A stretch of 61,627 nt of DNA, filler included, from Thermodesulfobacteriota bacterium (GCA_036381125.1; 5 parts of 5 records of this genome joined end to end with filler, not necessarily neighbours in it), one strand, 5' to 3'. Shown: positions 29,524 through 39,832, counted from the first letter of the whole stretch. Program-made: numbers and translations. The notes: generated by a model from the letters alone, not told the origin.

Positions 29524-30441
29524 GGCGAGACGCTCGCCCGGACGCGCGCGCTCGAGGACGAGCTGGCGTTGCAGCGCCGGGCCCTCGAGGCGCGGGCCGT
29601 GGCCCTCTACAAGCTCGGCCCGCTCGGTCCGGTCCAGGCGCTCCTGTCGGCCAGCTCGCTCGCCGATCTGGCGAAGCGCGCGCGGTACCTGCGCGCGGTG
29701 CTCGAGGCCGACCGCGAGCAGGTGCGCCGCTACGAGGCCGGCCGCGCGGCGCTCCGGCGCGAGACCGCGGCGCTCGCCGCCCAGGAGAGGGAGCTGGCGG
29801 CGCTGACCCGCCGGCAGCGCGACCTCGCCGATCGGCTCGAGGCCGAGCAGGCGGCGCGCCGCGACCTGCTCCGTGCGATCCAGGACGAGCAGAGCCTGGC
29901 GGCTGCGGCGGCCGAGGAGTTGCAAGCAGCGGCCGAGGCGCTCAAGGCGCTGCTCGCCCGGCTCGAGGCCGAGGCGGTGGCCCGCGCGCTCCAGGGCGAG
30001 CAGGCCCGACCGGCCGGCGGGTTCGCCGCTGCCCGGGGGCGTCTCGCCCTGCCGGTCGCGGGGGAGATCGTCACCCCCTTCGGGCCGCGCGAGCACCCGC
30101 GCTTCCGGACGGTGACGGTCAGCAACGGGATCGAGATTCGGGCCCCGGCCGGCGCCGACGTGCGGGCGGTGGCCGACGGTCGGGTGGTGTTTGCCGGATG
30201 GTTCCGGGGCTATGGTAAGATGCTGATCCTCGATCACGGAGACCAGTTCTATACCCTTTACGCGCACGCCGCGGAGTTGTACAAGGCGGTAGGCGAGGCG
30301 GTTCGGCAGGGCGACAGGGTGGCCTCGGTAGGCGACACCGGCACCCTCGGCGACCCCGTCCTCTATTTCGAGATCCGGCAGGCCGGCAAGCCGCTCGATC
30401 CAGCCGAATGGCTCTCGACGGCCGAGGCCAGGCGCCAGTAG
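29524..30441 (+). CDS. envC: Murein hydrolase activator EnvC (coiled coil + M23-like domain), 5' partial
   Basis: Coiled coil followed by NGIEIRA, GYGKMLILDHG and LYFEIR; directly upstream of ctpA. Confidence 0.88.
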   Translation, partial: GETLARTRALEDELALQRRALEARAVALYKLGPLGPVQALLSASSLADLAKRARYLRAVLEADREQVRRYEAGRAALRRETAALAAQERELAALTRRQRDLADRLEAEQAARRDLLRAIQDEQSLAAAAAEELQAAAEALKALLARLEAEAVARALQGEQARPAGGFAAARGRLALPVAGEIVTPFGPREHPRFRTVTVSNGIEIRAPAGADVRAVADGRVVFAGWFRGYGKMLILDHGDQFYTLYAHAAELYKAVGEAVRQGDRVASVGDTGTLGDPVLYFEIRQAGKPLDPAEWLSTAEARRQ

Positions 30442-30476
30442 CACCCCGTCCAGCAGGGAGGGAGGTCGTCCAGGAC

Positions 30477-31871
30477 ATGCCCAGCAAGCGGAGCGCTCGC
30501 GTCGCCATCGGCGCGCTCATCCTCATCGTCCTCAGCCTCGTTCTCGGCGGAGGGGCGCTGCAGCGGGTCAACGCCGTCGCCGACAGCCAGTACGAGGATC
30601 TCCGCCTGTTCACGGACGTGCTCGCGCTCATCCAGCGCAACTACGTCGAGAAGCCGGAGAACAAGGAGCTCGTCTACGGCGCGATCAAGGGGATGCTCGA
30701 GACGCTCGATCCGCACTCCTCGTTCATGACCCCCGAGGTCTACCGCGAGATGCAGGTCGAGACGCGCGGGGAGTTCTCGGGCCTCGGCATCGAGATCACG
30801 ACGAGGGACGACCGCATCGTCGTCGTGACGCCGATCGAGGACACGCCGGCCTTCAAGGCGGGCATCCTGGCGGGCGACCAGATCATCCGGATCGACGGCA
30901 AGTCCACCAAGGGGATGAGCCTGCCCGACGCCGTCAAGCTCATGCGCGGCCCGCGCGGCAGCGCCGTCAAGATCACCGTGGCGCGCGAGGGGGCCGACGA
31001 GCCGATCGACTTCACCATCACGCGCGCCACCATCGCCGTGAAGAGCGTCAAGGCCAAGCTGCTCGAGCCGGGCCTCGGCTACATCCGCCTCACGCAGTTC
31101 CAGGAGCGGACCGCCGACGACCTCGCGTCGGCCCTCGAGCGGTTCGACAAGGAGCAGATCAAGGGGCTCATCCTCGACCTGCGCAACAACCCCGGCGGGC
31201 TCCTCGATCAGGCCGTCAAGGTGGCCGACTTCTGGATCGACTCCGGCCTCATCGTCTACACCGACGGCCGCATCGAGAACCAGCGCATGGAGTTCCGGGC
31301 GACGCGCGACGTCGCGAAGCGCGACTACAACATCATCGTCCTCGTCAACGAGGGGAGCGCGTCGGCGTCCGAGATCGTCGCCGGCGCCTTGCAGGACACC
31401 GGCCGCGCGGTCGTCGTCGGGACCCAGACCTTCGGCAAGGGCTCGGTCCAGACCATCATCCCGCTGTCCGACGGCTCGGCGCTCAGGCTCACCACGGCCC
31501 GCTACTTCACGCCGAAGGGGCGGTCGATCCAGGCCAAGGGGATCACGCCGGACATCGTCGTCGAGGCCGGCACGGTCGTCGCGCGCAACGGCGCCGACCG
31601 GGGCGTGATCCGCGAGCGGGACCTCGAGCGGCACTTCCGCGGCGAGGACGAGACCGAGGCGAAGGACGCCCCGGCCAAGGCGCCGCAGTCGCGCACGCGC
31701 GGGCGGGAGGCGTCCGACGACAAGGCGTCCGACGTGCAGTTCACCCTCGGGGAGCCGGGCAAGGACCTCCAGCTCGACCGAGCCATCGACATGCTCAAGT
31801 CCTGGCAGGTCTTCCAGACCCTCGGCACCAGGCGGGGCACGATGGCCCAGCAGCAGCCCGCCGCCAAGTAG
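30477..31871 (+). CDS. ctpA: S41 C-terminal processing peptidase (CtpA)
   Basis: LDPHS, PDZ GLGIEI, DLRNNPGGLL, SASASEIVAG and TFGKGSVQ. Confidence 0.95.
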   Translation: MPSKRSARVAIGALILIVLSLVLGGGALQRVNAVADSQYEDLRLFTDVLALIQRNYVEKPENKELVYGAIKGMLETLDPHSSFMTPEVYREMQVETRGEFSGLGIEITTRDDRIVVVTPIEDTPAFKAGILAGDQIIRIDGKSTKGMSLPDAVKLMRGPRGSAVKITVAREGADEPIDFTITRATIAVKSVKAKLLEPGLGYIRLTQFQERTADDLASALERFDKEQIKGLILDLRNNPGGLLDQAVKVADFWIDSGLIVYTDGRIENQRMEFRATRDVAKRDYNIIVLVNEGSASASEIVAGALQDTGRAVVVGTQTFGKGSVQTIIPLSDGSALRLTTARYFTPKGRSIQAKGITPDIVVEAGTVVARNGADRGVIRERDLERHFRGEDETEAKDAPAKAPQSRTRGREASDDKASDVQFTLGEPGKDLQLDRAIDMLKSWQVFQTLGTRRGTMAQQQPAAK

Positions 31872-31895
31872 CCACGCAGACCAGTCGGGCTCGAC

Positions 31896-31934
31896 CCACG
31901 CGGCGCCGGAGACCCCGGCGCCGCGTGGCGTTTC
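31896..31934 (+). terminator. Stem-loop after ctpA, likely terminator
   Basis: 14-bp perfect stem CCACGCGGCGCCGG/CCGGCGCCGCGTGG followed by a short T tract. Confidence 0.55.
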
Positions 31935-32061
31935 AGGCCGACGATCCACCCCCTGCGCGCCTTGCGCGCCCTCGTCCCCTGCGGTAGGGCTCTCTGGGTC
32001 GCCGCGCGCGGCCCGGCGGGCCGAGCCGCGGCCGTGCAACCGATCGACCGAGGAGGACGCC

Positions 32062-33444
32062 GTGGCAGGGGCTCGTGTGAGAATCGTGGTGGGCGTCGTG
32101 GCGGTGGCGTTCTGGCAGGCGGCGTGCGCGGCGTACGCCGGTGAGCCGGGAGGCGAGCCGCCGAAGGTCCTGCGCCTCACGCTCGACGAGGCGGTCCGGC
32201 GGGCGGTGCTCGCGAGCGAGGAGATCGACGCCGCCGAGGCGGGCGTGGACGCGGCCAGGGGGCGCCTTGCGCAGGCGCGCGGCGGGCGCCTGCCGGCCAT
32301 CGAGGCGACCCTCACGGCAGGGCCGTCGCCGCGCGCGCGCGGCGACCAGGTGATGTCGCCGGACGACGCCTACCGGTGGGCGATCACCGGCGTCTTCGGA
32401 CGCGCCGAGGTGAGGGTCATCCAACCGCTCTACACGTTCGGCAAGATCGCCGCCGGGCAGGCCGCCGCCAGGGCCGGCATCGACGCGGCGCGGGCCGAGC
32501 TGCTCGGCAGGGCCGCCGAGACGAGCCAGCGGACGATCCAGGCGTACCTCGGGTTGCTCCTGGCACGCGACGCCCTCGGGCTCGTCGCCGAGATCGAGAA
32601 CGAGGTCGAGAAGGCGCTGGAGCGCCGGCGGGCGCAGGGCGCCGACGAGGCGGACATCGGTCTGCTCCGCCTCGAGACGTTCGCCGCCGAGGCGGAGCGG
32701 GGGCGGGTGGAGGCGGAGGCGGGCGTCGAGATGGCGCGGGCGGCCCTCGCGCTCCTCGTCGACGCCCCGCCCGGCGTCGTCGTGGAGCCGGCGGAGGAGA
32801 GCCTGGCGCGGTCGGCGCCGTCCGAGGCGCCGCGGCAGGCGCTGGAGGCCTACCTCCGGGACATCGAGAGCCGGCGGCCGGAGTTCGCGCAGCTCAGGGC
32901 CGGCATCGCGGGGCGCGAGGCCGAGGCGGAACTCGCCGCGGCGGAGCGCAAGCCCACCGTCTTCGTCGCGGGCTTCGTCGACGTGACCGGCGCCACGAAC
33001 CGCGAGCGAATTCACAACCCGTTCGTCGTCGACCCGCTCGGCCACCAGTTCGCCGGCGCCGTGGTCGGCGTGCGCTGGACGTTCGACTTCGGCCAGGGAG
33101 GGAAGGTCTCCGAGGCGCGCGCCGAGGCGGCCCGCCTCGCCGCCCAGCAGGCAGCCGCGCGGCGCGGCCTCCCGCTCGAGGTGCGGCGCGCCTACATCGA
33201 TCTCGAGCGGGCGCTCCGCGAGGCCGACGCGCTCGAGCGGGCCTTCCGTACCGCCAGGCGGTGGACCGCGGCGGCCGCCGCGGCGGCCGACCTCGGGGTG
33301 GAGGACGCCTTCCGGGAGTACGCCCGCCATCGAGCCGACTGGTTCCGGGCGCTCTACAACGTGCGCCTCGCCGAGGCGAACCTCCGGCACGCCGCCGGCC
33401 TCGACGCCGAGGCGCTGGCCCCCCTCGTTCTCGCCAGCAAGTAG
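32062..33444 (+). CDS. TolC-family outer-membrane protein
   Basis: Signal peptide, LTLDEAVRRA, QPLYTFGKI and two OEP-like helical repeats; GAGGAGG SD. Confidence 0.85.
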   Translation: MAGARVRIVVGVVAVAFWQAACAAYAGEPGGEPPKVLRLTLDEAVRRAVLASEEIDAAEAGVDAARGRLAQARGGRLPAIEATLTAGPSPRARGDQVMSPDDAYRWAITGVFGRAEVRVIQPLYTFGKIAAGQAAARAGIDAARAELLGRAAETSQRTIQAYLGLLLARDALGLVAEIENEVEKALERRRAQGADEADIGLLRLETFAAEAERGRVEAEAGVEMARAALALLVDAPPGVVVEPAEESLARSAPSEAPRQALEAYLRDIESRRPEFAQLRAGIAGREAEAELAAAERKPTVFVAGFVDVTGATNRERIHNPFVVDPLGHQFAGAVVGVRWTFDFGQGGKVSEARAEAARLAAQQAAARRGLPLEVRRAYIDLERALREADALERAFRTARRWTAAAAAAADLGVEDAFREYARHRADWFRALYNVRLAEANLRHAAGLDAEALAPLVLASK

Positions 33445-33665
33445 CGGGAATGCGCCCCGCGAAGCGGGGCCCGGGCGAAGCCCGGAGCGCCGTGACGCGG
33501 GTGCGTGGGCGGCACGAGATTACAGGAGCCGATGCCCCCGCACCCCGCGAAGCGGGGCCGGCCCGAAGGGCCGAGCGCCGGCAGAGCGGTCCGCGGGCGG
33601 CACGCGGGGACGGGAGCCGACGTGCGACGCGCAAGCGGCCCCGGACCTGAGGCCCGAGCGCGCCG
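33444..33665. repeat. Tandem 88-bp repeat array (two clear copies plus a degenerate third) of double GAA-triloop hairpins, REP/BIME-like
   Basis: Hairpin pairs at 33454-33485 and 33542-33573; GGGCGGCACG and GGAGCCGA motifs recur with period 88. Confidence 0.8.
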
Positions 33666-33696
33666 ACGCCGGTCCCCCGCCGACCTGGGGTACGCG

Positions 33697-36651
33697 TCAT
33701 CGGTCGCGCCGGCTGCGCATCCGCTCGAGGAGCGCCGAGGGGCCGCCCTGGCGGATCACCCGCTCGAACTGCGAGCGGTAGGAGGCGACGAGGGAGAGCC
33801 CGTCGATGACGACGTCGGTGAACGTGCGGCCGTCGGGCTTCACGCGGTAGTCGACCGGGAGCGTCGCGCCCTGGGACTTGAGGAGGGTCGTGCGGACGAG
33901 CACCTCGCCCGTGCCGCCGGGCGCCGGCTGCGGCTCGCCGTACCGGACCTCGACCCCTTCGAGGAACGAGAGGACCATCCGCGAGTAGGAGCGGGTGAAG
34001 AGGGTCGTGAAGAGCGGGAGGTACTCCCGCCACTCGGCCGGCGAGAGCCGATCGGCGCTCGAGCCGAGCGCCGCCCGGGCCATCGCCTCGGTGTCGAAGC
34101 GCTCGGCGATGAGCCGCTGGACCCGCTCGTCGCGCGCCTCGGCGGTGAGCGCCGGATCGCGGATGATCGCGCGCGCCGTCTCGATCGTCTGCCGCACGGC
34201 CTCGACGGGGCCCGCCTGCGCCTGCGCGGCGGCGGGCGCGCCGAGGGCGAGGAGGACCGCCAGGCCGATCCCGGCGCCGTTCGCCGCGGCCCGCCGGCGC
34301 GCCATCGCGGCGAGCACCGGCGGGAGGACGACGAACGTCGCGATCGCCGTGAGGATCGAGCCGAGGCAGAGGAGCACGCCCAGCGAGACGACCCCTCGAT
34401 GCTCGGCCACGAGCAGCGGGGCGAAGCCGGTGATCGTGGTGAGGACCGCGAGCAGCACCGACTTGCCGGCCGACCGGCCGAGGACCGACGCGGCGGCGTG
34501 CGGCTCCTCCCGCACCCGGCCGACCAGCGTCGTCCCGGTGTCGACGGCGAGCGCGATGACCAGCGGGACGCCGAAGAGGTTGGCGAGGTTGAAGTCGATG
34601 TCGAGCGCCGCCATCGCCCCGGCGGTCCAGAGCCCGCCGACGACGAGCGGCAGCGCCGAGAGGAGCGCGTCGCGCACGCTGCGGAACGCGATCGCCGCGA
34701 CGACGACGATCAGCCCGAGCGCGACGAGCGAGCTTCGCACGTAATCGCGTCGCATCGCCTCGGTCACCTCGAACCCCTGGACGCGCGGGCCGGTGACGTC
34801 CGGGTCGACCGCCCGGACGTCCTCGAGGAAGCGGGCCATCGCCTCGCGCTGCCAGGCGTTCTCCGTGGGGTAGATCCGCAGGAGGAGCCGACCGGTGCGG
34901 CCGACGAACCGGTCGCGCAGATCGGGCGGCAGGGATTCGATCGCGACCGGCGAGGTCTCGAGGTTGGCCGCGAGCCAGTCGACGCCCTCGGCGAGGTCCG
35001 CGACGAGCGCGCGCTGCGCCTCGGCGAGCCGCCGCTCCGCGGCCGCCGGCCCGACCCGGTCGATGGCGGCGAGGAGGTCGACGAGCGCCCGCCGCGCGTC
35101 GCGCGCGCCGGCTTCGTCGGCCTCGCCGAGCTTGAAGGCGAGGCGCGACACGCCGCTGCGGAACGGCTCGAGGTCGAAGGGCGCGGCCGCCTCGGTGCGG
35201 ACCTCGAGGCCGGCGACGAGCGGACGGATCCTCTCGATGATCCGCGCCCTGGTCGCCTGCTCGTCGGGCAGCACGTCGAGCACGCTCTCGACCCGCTCGA
35301 CCAGCGGGCGGGCCGTCAGCGCGTCCACCTTGCGCCGCGCCTCGGCGAGATCGGCCGCGTCGGTCACGACGAACCAGGTCCCGCTTCCCCCCTCGTCGAT
35401 CAGGGCGCGCTCGTAGCGCACCGACTCGGTGTCGCGGGGCTGGAGGTTGAGGAGGTTCGAGTCGAAGGCCGGCGGGTTCGCGAGCGCCAGGCCGCCCCCG
35501 ACCACGGCCAGCACGAGGCCGGTCGCCAGCGGCCATCGCGCCCGTGCGAGCCACGCTGCGACGGCCGGCGGCGGTCGATCGCCCGATCGCGCGGCGGCCG
35601 GGCCGGCGCGCCACCGCCCGACGAGGGCGAGCATCGCCGGGAAGCACGTGTAGCTGGCCACGATGCTCAGCGCGAGCCCCGCGGCCGAGATGACGCCGAG
35701 CTCGCCGATGGCCGGCAGGTCGGCCACCGTCAGGGCGAGCGAGCCGGCGATCAGGACCGCGGCCGACGCGAGCACCGTCGCGCCGGTTCCGACCGCCATG
35801 AGCCGCATGGCGGCGCCGCGGTCCCGGCCCGCCTGCTCCTCCTCCTCGAAGCGCGCGAGGAGGTGGATCGGGAAGTCGATGCCGACCCCGATGAGGATGC
35901 TCGCGAAGACGGCCGAGAGGATGTTCAGGTGTCCGATCGCGAGCGTCACGAAGGCGAAGGACCACGCGAGCGCGACGCCGAGGCAGAGCAGGACGCAGAG
36001 CGACCGGGCGGGGCTGCGGAAGAAGAAGAGCACCAGCACGAGGACGCTGCCGACGGACCCCAGGCCGAGCGCCAGGCCGACGTCGTGCCGCGTCGTCGCC
36101 TCCTCGTCGGCGGAGAGCGCGTCGGCGCCGGTGACGCCGACGTCGAGCCCCGGGAAGGCGGCCCGGGTCTCGGCGACCACCGCCCGGACGGCGGTCACCG
36201 GCTCGCCCTCGATCGCGGCGGCCGCCGCCTCCGCGTCGAAGAACCGGCGGTGCGTCCCCTCGGGCGGGACCGGCGTCACCTGCAGGAGGAGGAACCGGTG
36301 GTCGTCCGACCAGAGGTAGCGGGGCCGGAAGAGCCCGGACCGGTCGGCGCCGGAGCTGCCGACGAGCGCGGACAGCGACGGCGCGGGGCCTCCGGTCACG
36401 GCCGTCGCGAGGCCGCGGGCGAGCGGGGCGAGGACGCCGGCGTCGAACGGCGCCGCGCCGGCCCCGTCCCGGTCGTCGGGGCCGAGCAGGTCGCCCACGA
36501 CGAAGGCGCCGAGCCGCCGGGTGACCTCGGCGTTCAGCGCGTCGACGAGCGTGACGAGCCCGGGGCGCCGGGCAACCGCCTCGAGCGCCGCCTGCCCCTC
36601 CCGGAGCCCGTCCTCGAGGCGCTCGAGCTCGTCTGTCGGGAGGTAGAGGAG
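33697..36651 (-). CDS. MMPL/HpnN-like RND transporter fused to a C-terminal MlaC/Ttg2D (HpnM-like) domain, 5' partial
   Basis: ILIGVGIDFPIH, FNLANLF..PL and VLLAVLTTITGF MMPL motifs; then FDTEAMARAALG and VDYR...DVVIDGLSLVASYRSQF MlaC motifs, in one frame. Confidence 0.85.
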   Translation of the reverse strand, partial: LLYLPTDELERLEDGLREGQAALEAVARRPGLVTLVDALNAEVTRRLGAFVVGDLLGPDDRDGAGAAPFDAGVLAPLARGLATAVTGGPAPSLSALVGSSGADRSGLFRPRYLWSDDHRFLLLQVTPVPPEGTHRRFFDAEAAAAAIEGEPVTAVRAVVAETRAAFPGLDVGVTGADALSADEEATTRHDVGLALGLGSVGSVLVLVLFFFRSPARSLCVLLCLGVALAWSFAFVTLAIGHLNILSAVFASILIGVGIDFPIHLLARFEEEEQAGRDRGAAMRLMAVGTGATVLASAAVLIAGSLALTVADLPAIGELGVISAAGLALSIVASYTCFPAMLALVGRWRAGPAAARSGDRPPPAVAAWLARARWPLATGLVLAVVGGGLALANPPAFDSNLLNLQPRDTESVRYERALIDEGGSGTWFVVTDAADLAEARRKVDALTARPLVERVESVLDVLPDEQATRARIIERIRPLVAGLEVRTEAAAPFDLEPFRSGVSRLAFKLGEADEAGARDARRALVDLLAAIDRVGPAAAERRLAEAQRALVADLAEGVDWLAANLETSPVAIESLPPDLRDRFVGRTGRLLLRIYPTENAWQREAMARFLEDVRAVDPDVTGPRVQGFEVTEAMRRDYVRSSLVALGLIVVVAAIAFRSVRDALLSALPLVVGGLWTAGAMAALDIDFNLANLFGVPLVIALAVDTGTTLVGRVREEPHAAASVLGRSAGKSVLLAVLTTITGFAPLLVAEHRGVVSLGVLLCLGSILTAIATFVVLPPVLAAMARRRAAANGAGIGLAVLLALGAPAAAQAQAGPVEAVRQTIETARAIIRDPALTAEARDERVQRLIAERFDTEAMARAALGSSADRLSPAEWREYLPLFTTLFTRSYSRMVLSFLEGVEVRYGEPQPAPGGTGEVLVRTTLLKSQGATLPVDYRVKPDGRTFTDVVIDGLSLVASYRSQFERVIRQGGPSALLERMRSRRDR

Positions 36652-36751
36652 NNNNNNNNNNNNNNNNNNNNNNNNNNNNNNNNNNNNNNNNNNNNTTAAT
36701 TAATTAANNNNNNNNNNNNNNNNNNNNNNNNNNNNNNNNNNNNNNNNNNNN
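36652..36751. other. Artificial contig spacer
   Basis: N run with TTAATTAATTAA. Confidence 0.98.
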
Positions 36752-36753
36752 GG

Positions 36754-37602
36754 ACGCGCCTCGAGGCCGTGCTGGCCGAGCGCGCGACGATCGTGCTCGG
36801 CTGTGCGGGCGAGCGCCGCAGGAAGGTGCCGCTCCTGCCGCGGGGCCTCGGCGTGAAGCCGCTCGAGTCCATGGCGCTCGTCCCGCTCGTCGACGGCCAG
36901 CGGCCGCTCGGCGCGCTCGTCCTCGCCGCCGACCGGCCGGGCGCCTTCCCGCCCGACGTCGTGCGGCTCCTCGAGATCCTCGCCAACCAGGCGGCGGTCG
37001 TCATCGCCCACGCGCACGCCTACCGGCACCGCGACGTGCTGGCCCATACCGACCCGCTCACCGGGCTCGTCAACCGGCGGCGGTTCGACGAGCGGCTCGC
37101 GGAGGAGTTCGCGCGCGCGCGGCGCGAGCCGGGGGCCTTCTCGCTCGTGCTGGCCGACCTCGACCACTTCAAGCGGATCAACGACACCTACGGCCATCCG
37201 GCCGGCGACGCGGTCCTCCGCCAGATCGCCCGGCGCATCGAGGCGCGGGCGCGGGCGAGCGACGCGGTCGGCCGTCTCGGCGGCGAGGAGTTCGGGCTCC
37301 TGCTGGTGCGCGCCGGCCGCGCCGGCGCGCTCGCCGTGGCCGAGCGGATCCGACAGGACGTGCGCGCCACGCCGGTCGAGGTGCCGGGCGGGCTCACGCT
37401 CGCCCTCACGGTCTCGCTCGGCGTGGCGACCTTCCCCGACGACGCCGGCGACGCCGCCGACCTCTTCGCCCGCGCGGACGAGGCGCTCTACGAGGCCAAG
37501 CGCGGCGGCCGCGACCGGGTCTGCGCGGCCTCGGGCGCGGCCGTCGAGGCGCACCAGAGCGTCCAGGTCCAGGCCGCCGACGCCGCCCGGATGCCCGGCT
37601 GA
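36754..37602 (+). CDS. GAF-GGDEF diguanylate cyclase, 5' partial
   Basis: TDPLTGLVNRR, DLDHFKRINDTYGH, RxxD I-site and GGEEF. Confidence 0.92.
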   Translation, partial: TRLEAVLAERATIVLGCAGERRRKVPLLPRGLGVKPLESMALVPLVDGQRPLGALVLAADRPGAFPPDVVRLLEILANQAAVVIAHAHAYRHRDVLAHTDPLTGLVNRRRFDERLAEEFARARREPGAFSLVLADLDHFKRINDTYGHPAGDAVLRQIARRIEARARASDAVGRLGGEEFGLLLVRAGRAGALAVAERIRQDVRATPVEVPGGLTLALTVSLGVATFPDDAGDAADLFARADEALYEAKRGGRDRVCAASGAAVEAHQSVQVQAADAARMPG

Positions 37603-37609
37603 AAACCCG

Positions 37610-37639
37610 TTGACACGTCCAAGCGCTTGCTGGTAGCGT
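37610..37639 (+). promoter_or_regulatory. Sigma70 promoter of the csp gene
   Basis: TTGACA-18nt-TAGCGT with TG extension. Confidence 0.55.
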
Positions 37640-37718
37640 TCGTGATTGGCGTCACGGGCAGTTGGGCGCGCCCGCGCCGATCGAGAACACGCAGCACAAG
37701 AAAGGGGCCAGCGCAGGC

Positions 37719-37925
37719 ATGTCGAGGCTCACCGGACACGTGAAGTGGTTCAACGACGCCAAGGGCTACGGCTTCATCGCCCGGGAGAACGGCGAGGACG
37801 TGTTCGTCCACTACACCGCGATCCAGGAAGAGGGCTTCAAGACCCTCAGCGAGGGACAGGCCGTCGAGTTCGAGATCGTGCAGGGCACCAAGGGCCCCCA
37901 GGCCGCCAACGTCGTCAAGTCCTGA
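37719..37925 (+). CDS. Cold-shock protein
   Basis: [21 protein letters not shown] and KGPQAANV. Confidence 0.96.
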   Translation: MSRLTGHVKWFNDAKGYGFIARENGEDVFVHYTAIQEEGFKTLSEGQAVEFEIVQGTKGPQAANVVKS

Positions 37926-38092
37926 CCCCGGTCTCGGGCGGTCCGGTCAAGGCCCGACCCGGAGCCTCGCGCCCCGTGCAGCGGCCCCTGCTGCGGCCGC
38001 GCGCGGGGCGCGCATCGGTCCGCCGCTCCACCACGCCGCCCGCTTGCCGCTCCCCGGTCGCCTCGACGGGGACGCTCTGCTAGATTGACCCC

Positions 38093-39832
38093 GTGCGCGA
38101 CCAGATCGAACGCCTCGTCGAGACTGCCATCGAACGCTGCCGGGCGGCCGGCCGCCTGCCGTCAGGGCCCGGCCCGTCGCCCGCCGTCACCGTGGAGGTG
38201 CCGCGTCAGCGGAGCAACGGCGACTTCGCCACGAACATCGCCATGCTCCTCGCCGGCCACCTCAAGCAGTCGCTGCCGCCCGGCTCGAAGCCGCCGGCGC
38301 CGCGCGCCATCGCCGAGATGCTCGCCCGCGAGATCCCTGTGGGCGGCCTCGTGGCGCGGGTGGAGGTGGCCGGCCCCGGCTTCCTGAACGTCTTCGTCTC
38401 CGACGACGCCTGGCGCGAGGTCTTCCGGCGGGTCCTGCGCGAGGGGCCGCGGTACGGCGAGGCCCGGATCGGCCGCGGCGTCCGGGTGCAGGTGGAGTTC
38501 GTGAGCGCGAACCCGACCGGCCCGTTGCACGTCGGCGCGGCCCGCAACGCCGCCGTGGGAGACGCCCTGGCCTCGCTCCTCGCCTTTGCCGGCTACGACG
38601 TCGCGCGCGAGTACTACATCAACGACTACGGCAACCAGATGGAGCTGCTCGGCCGCTCGGTGTTCGTCCGCTACGCGGAGCGCTTCGGCCGCGCGTTGCC
38701 GTTTCCCGAGGAGGGGTATCACGGCGAGTACATCCGGGACCTGGCCGCCGACATCGCGCGGGCCGACGGCGACCGGCACCTCTCGCGGCCCGAGGCCGAG
38801 GTCGTGGCCGAGTTCACCGAGCGAGCGATGACCCGCCTCCTCGCCGGCATCAAGGAGGACCTCGAGGCCTTCGGCGTCCGATTCGACCGCTGGTTCAGCG
38901 AGCGGAGCCTCTACCGGCCCGATGGGGGGGCGAGCCCCGTCGACCGGGCGGTGGCCGCGCTGCGCGCGGCCGGCCACCTCTACGAGCAGGACGGCGCCCT
39001 CTTCTTCCGGTCGACCGCGTTCGGCGACGACAAGGACCGGGTCGTCATCCGTTCCGACGGCAGGCCGACCTACTTCGCCTCGGACATCGCCTACACGAAG
39101 GACAAGTACGACCGCGGCTTCGAGCGGCTGCTCTACGTCTGGGGGGCCGACCACCACGGCTACGTGCCCCGCATGAAGGCGGTCGCCCAGGCGCTCGGCC
39201 ACTCGCCCGACTCCTATCGCGTGACGATCATCCAGCTCGTCCGGCTCATGCGGGGCGGGACCGAGGTGAAGATGTCGAAGCGGGCGGGGGAGTACACGAC
39301 GCTGCGCGAGCTGCTCGACGAGGTCGGGCGCGACGCCGCGCGCTTCTTCCTCCTCATGCGCCGTGCCGACGCGCCGCTCGACTTCGACCTCGAGCTGGCC
39401 AAGGCGCAGAGCACGGAGAACCCGGTCTACTACGTCCAGTACGCCCACGCGCGGATCGCGAGCGTCCTGCGGCAGGCGGCGGAGCGGAACGTGCCGCTGC
39501 CCGACCCCGAGCGGACCGACCTCGGGGTGCTGCGCGAGGCCGACGAGCTGGAGCTGGCGCGGCTGATCGCCGCCTTCCCCCAGGTCGTCGAGAACTCGGC
39601 GCGCAGCGAGGAGCCGCACCACCTGACGTTCTACCTGCAGGACCTCGCGGCCCGGTTCCACGGCTACTACAACCGCAGCCGGATCCTCGACGACGACCCG
39701 GCGGTGGCGGCCGCCCGCCTCGTGCTCGTCCAGGCGGTCCAGGTCGTCCTTCGCACGGCGCTCGGCCTGCTCGGGGTGGGAGCCCCGGAGCGGATGACGC
39801 GGGAGCCGGAGGCGGCCGCGACGCCGGCATGA
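38093..39832 (+). CDS. argS: Arginine-tRNA ligase
   Basis: GDFATN, AGPGFLN, VEFVSANPTGPLHVG, KMSKRAG and YYVQYAHAR. Confidence 0.98.
   Translation: MRDQIERLVETAIERCRAAGRLPSGPGPSPAVTVEVPRQRSNGDFATNIAMLLAGHLKQSLPPGSKPPAPRAIAEMLAREIPVGGLVARVEVAGPGFLNVFVSDDAWREVFRRVLREGPRYGEARIGRGVRVQVEFVSANPTGPLHVGAARNAAVGDALASLLAFAGYDVAREYYINDYGNQMELLGRSVFVRYAERFGRALPFPEEGYHGEYIRDLAADIARADGDRHLSRPEAEVVAEFTERAMTRLLAGIKEDLEAFGVRFDRWFSERSLYRPDGGASPVDRAVAALRAAGHLYEQDGALFFRSTAFGDDKDRVVIRSDGRPTYFASDIAYTKDKYDRGFERLLYVWGADHHGYVPRMKAVAQALGHSPDSYRVTIIQLVRLMRGGTEVKMSKRAGEYTTLRELLDEVGRDAARFFLLMRRADAPLDFDLELAKAQSTENPVYYVQYAHARIASVLRQAAERNVPLPDPERTDLGVLREADELELARLIAAFPQVVENSARSEEPHHLTFYLQDLAARFHGYYNRSRILDDDPAVAAARLVLVQAVQVVLRTALGLLGVGAPERMTREPEAAATPA

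Noticed and set aside
33444-33665. Possible CRISPR array
   Set aside because: Only 2-3 degenerate units, the inter-hairpin segments are themselves similar rather than unique spacers, and no cas genes are present
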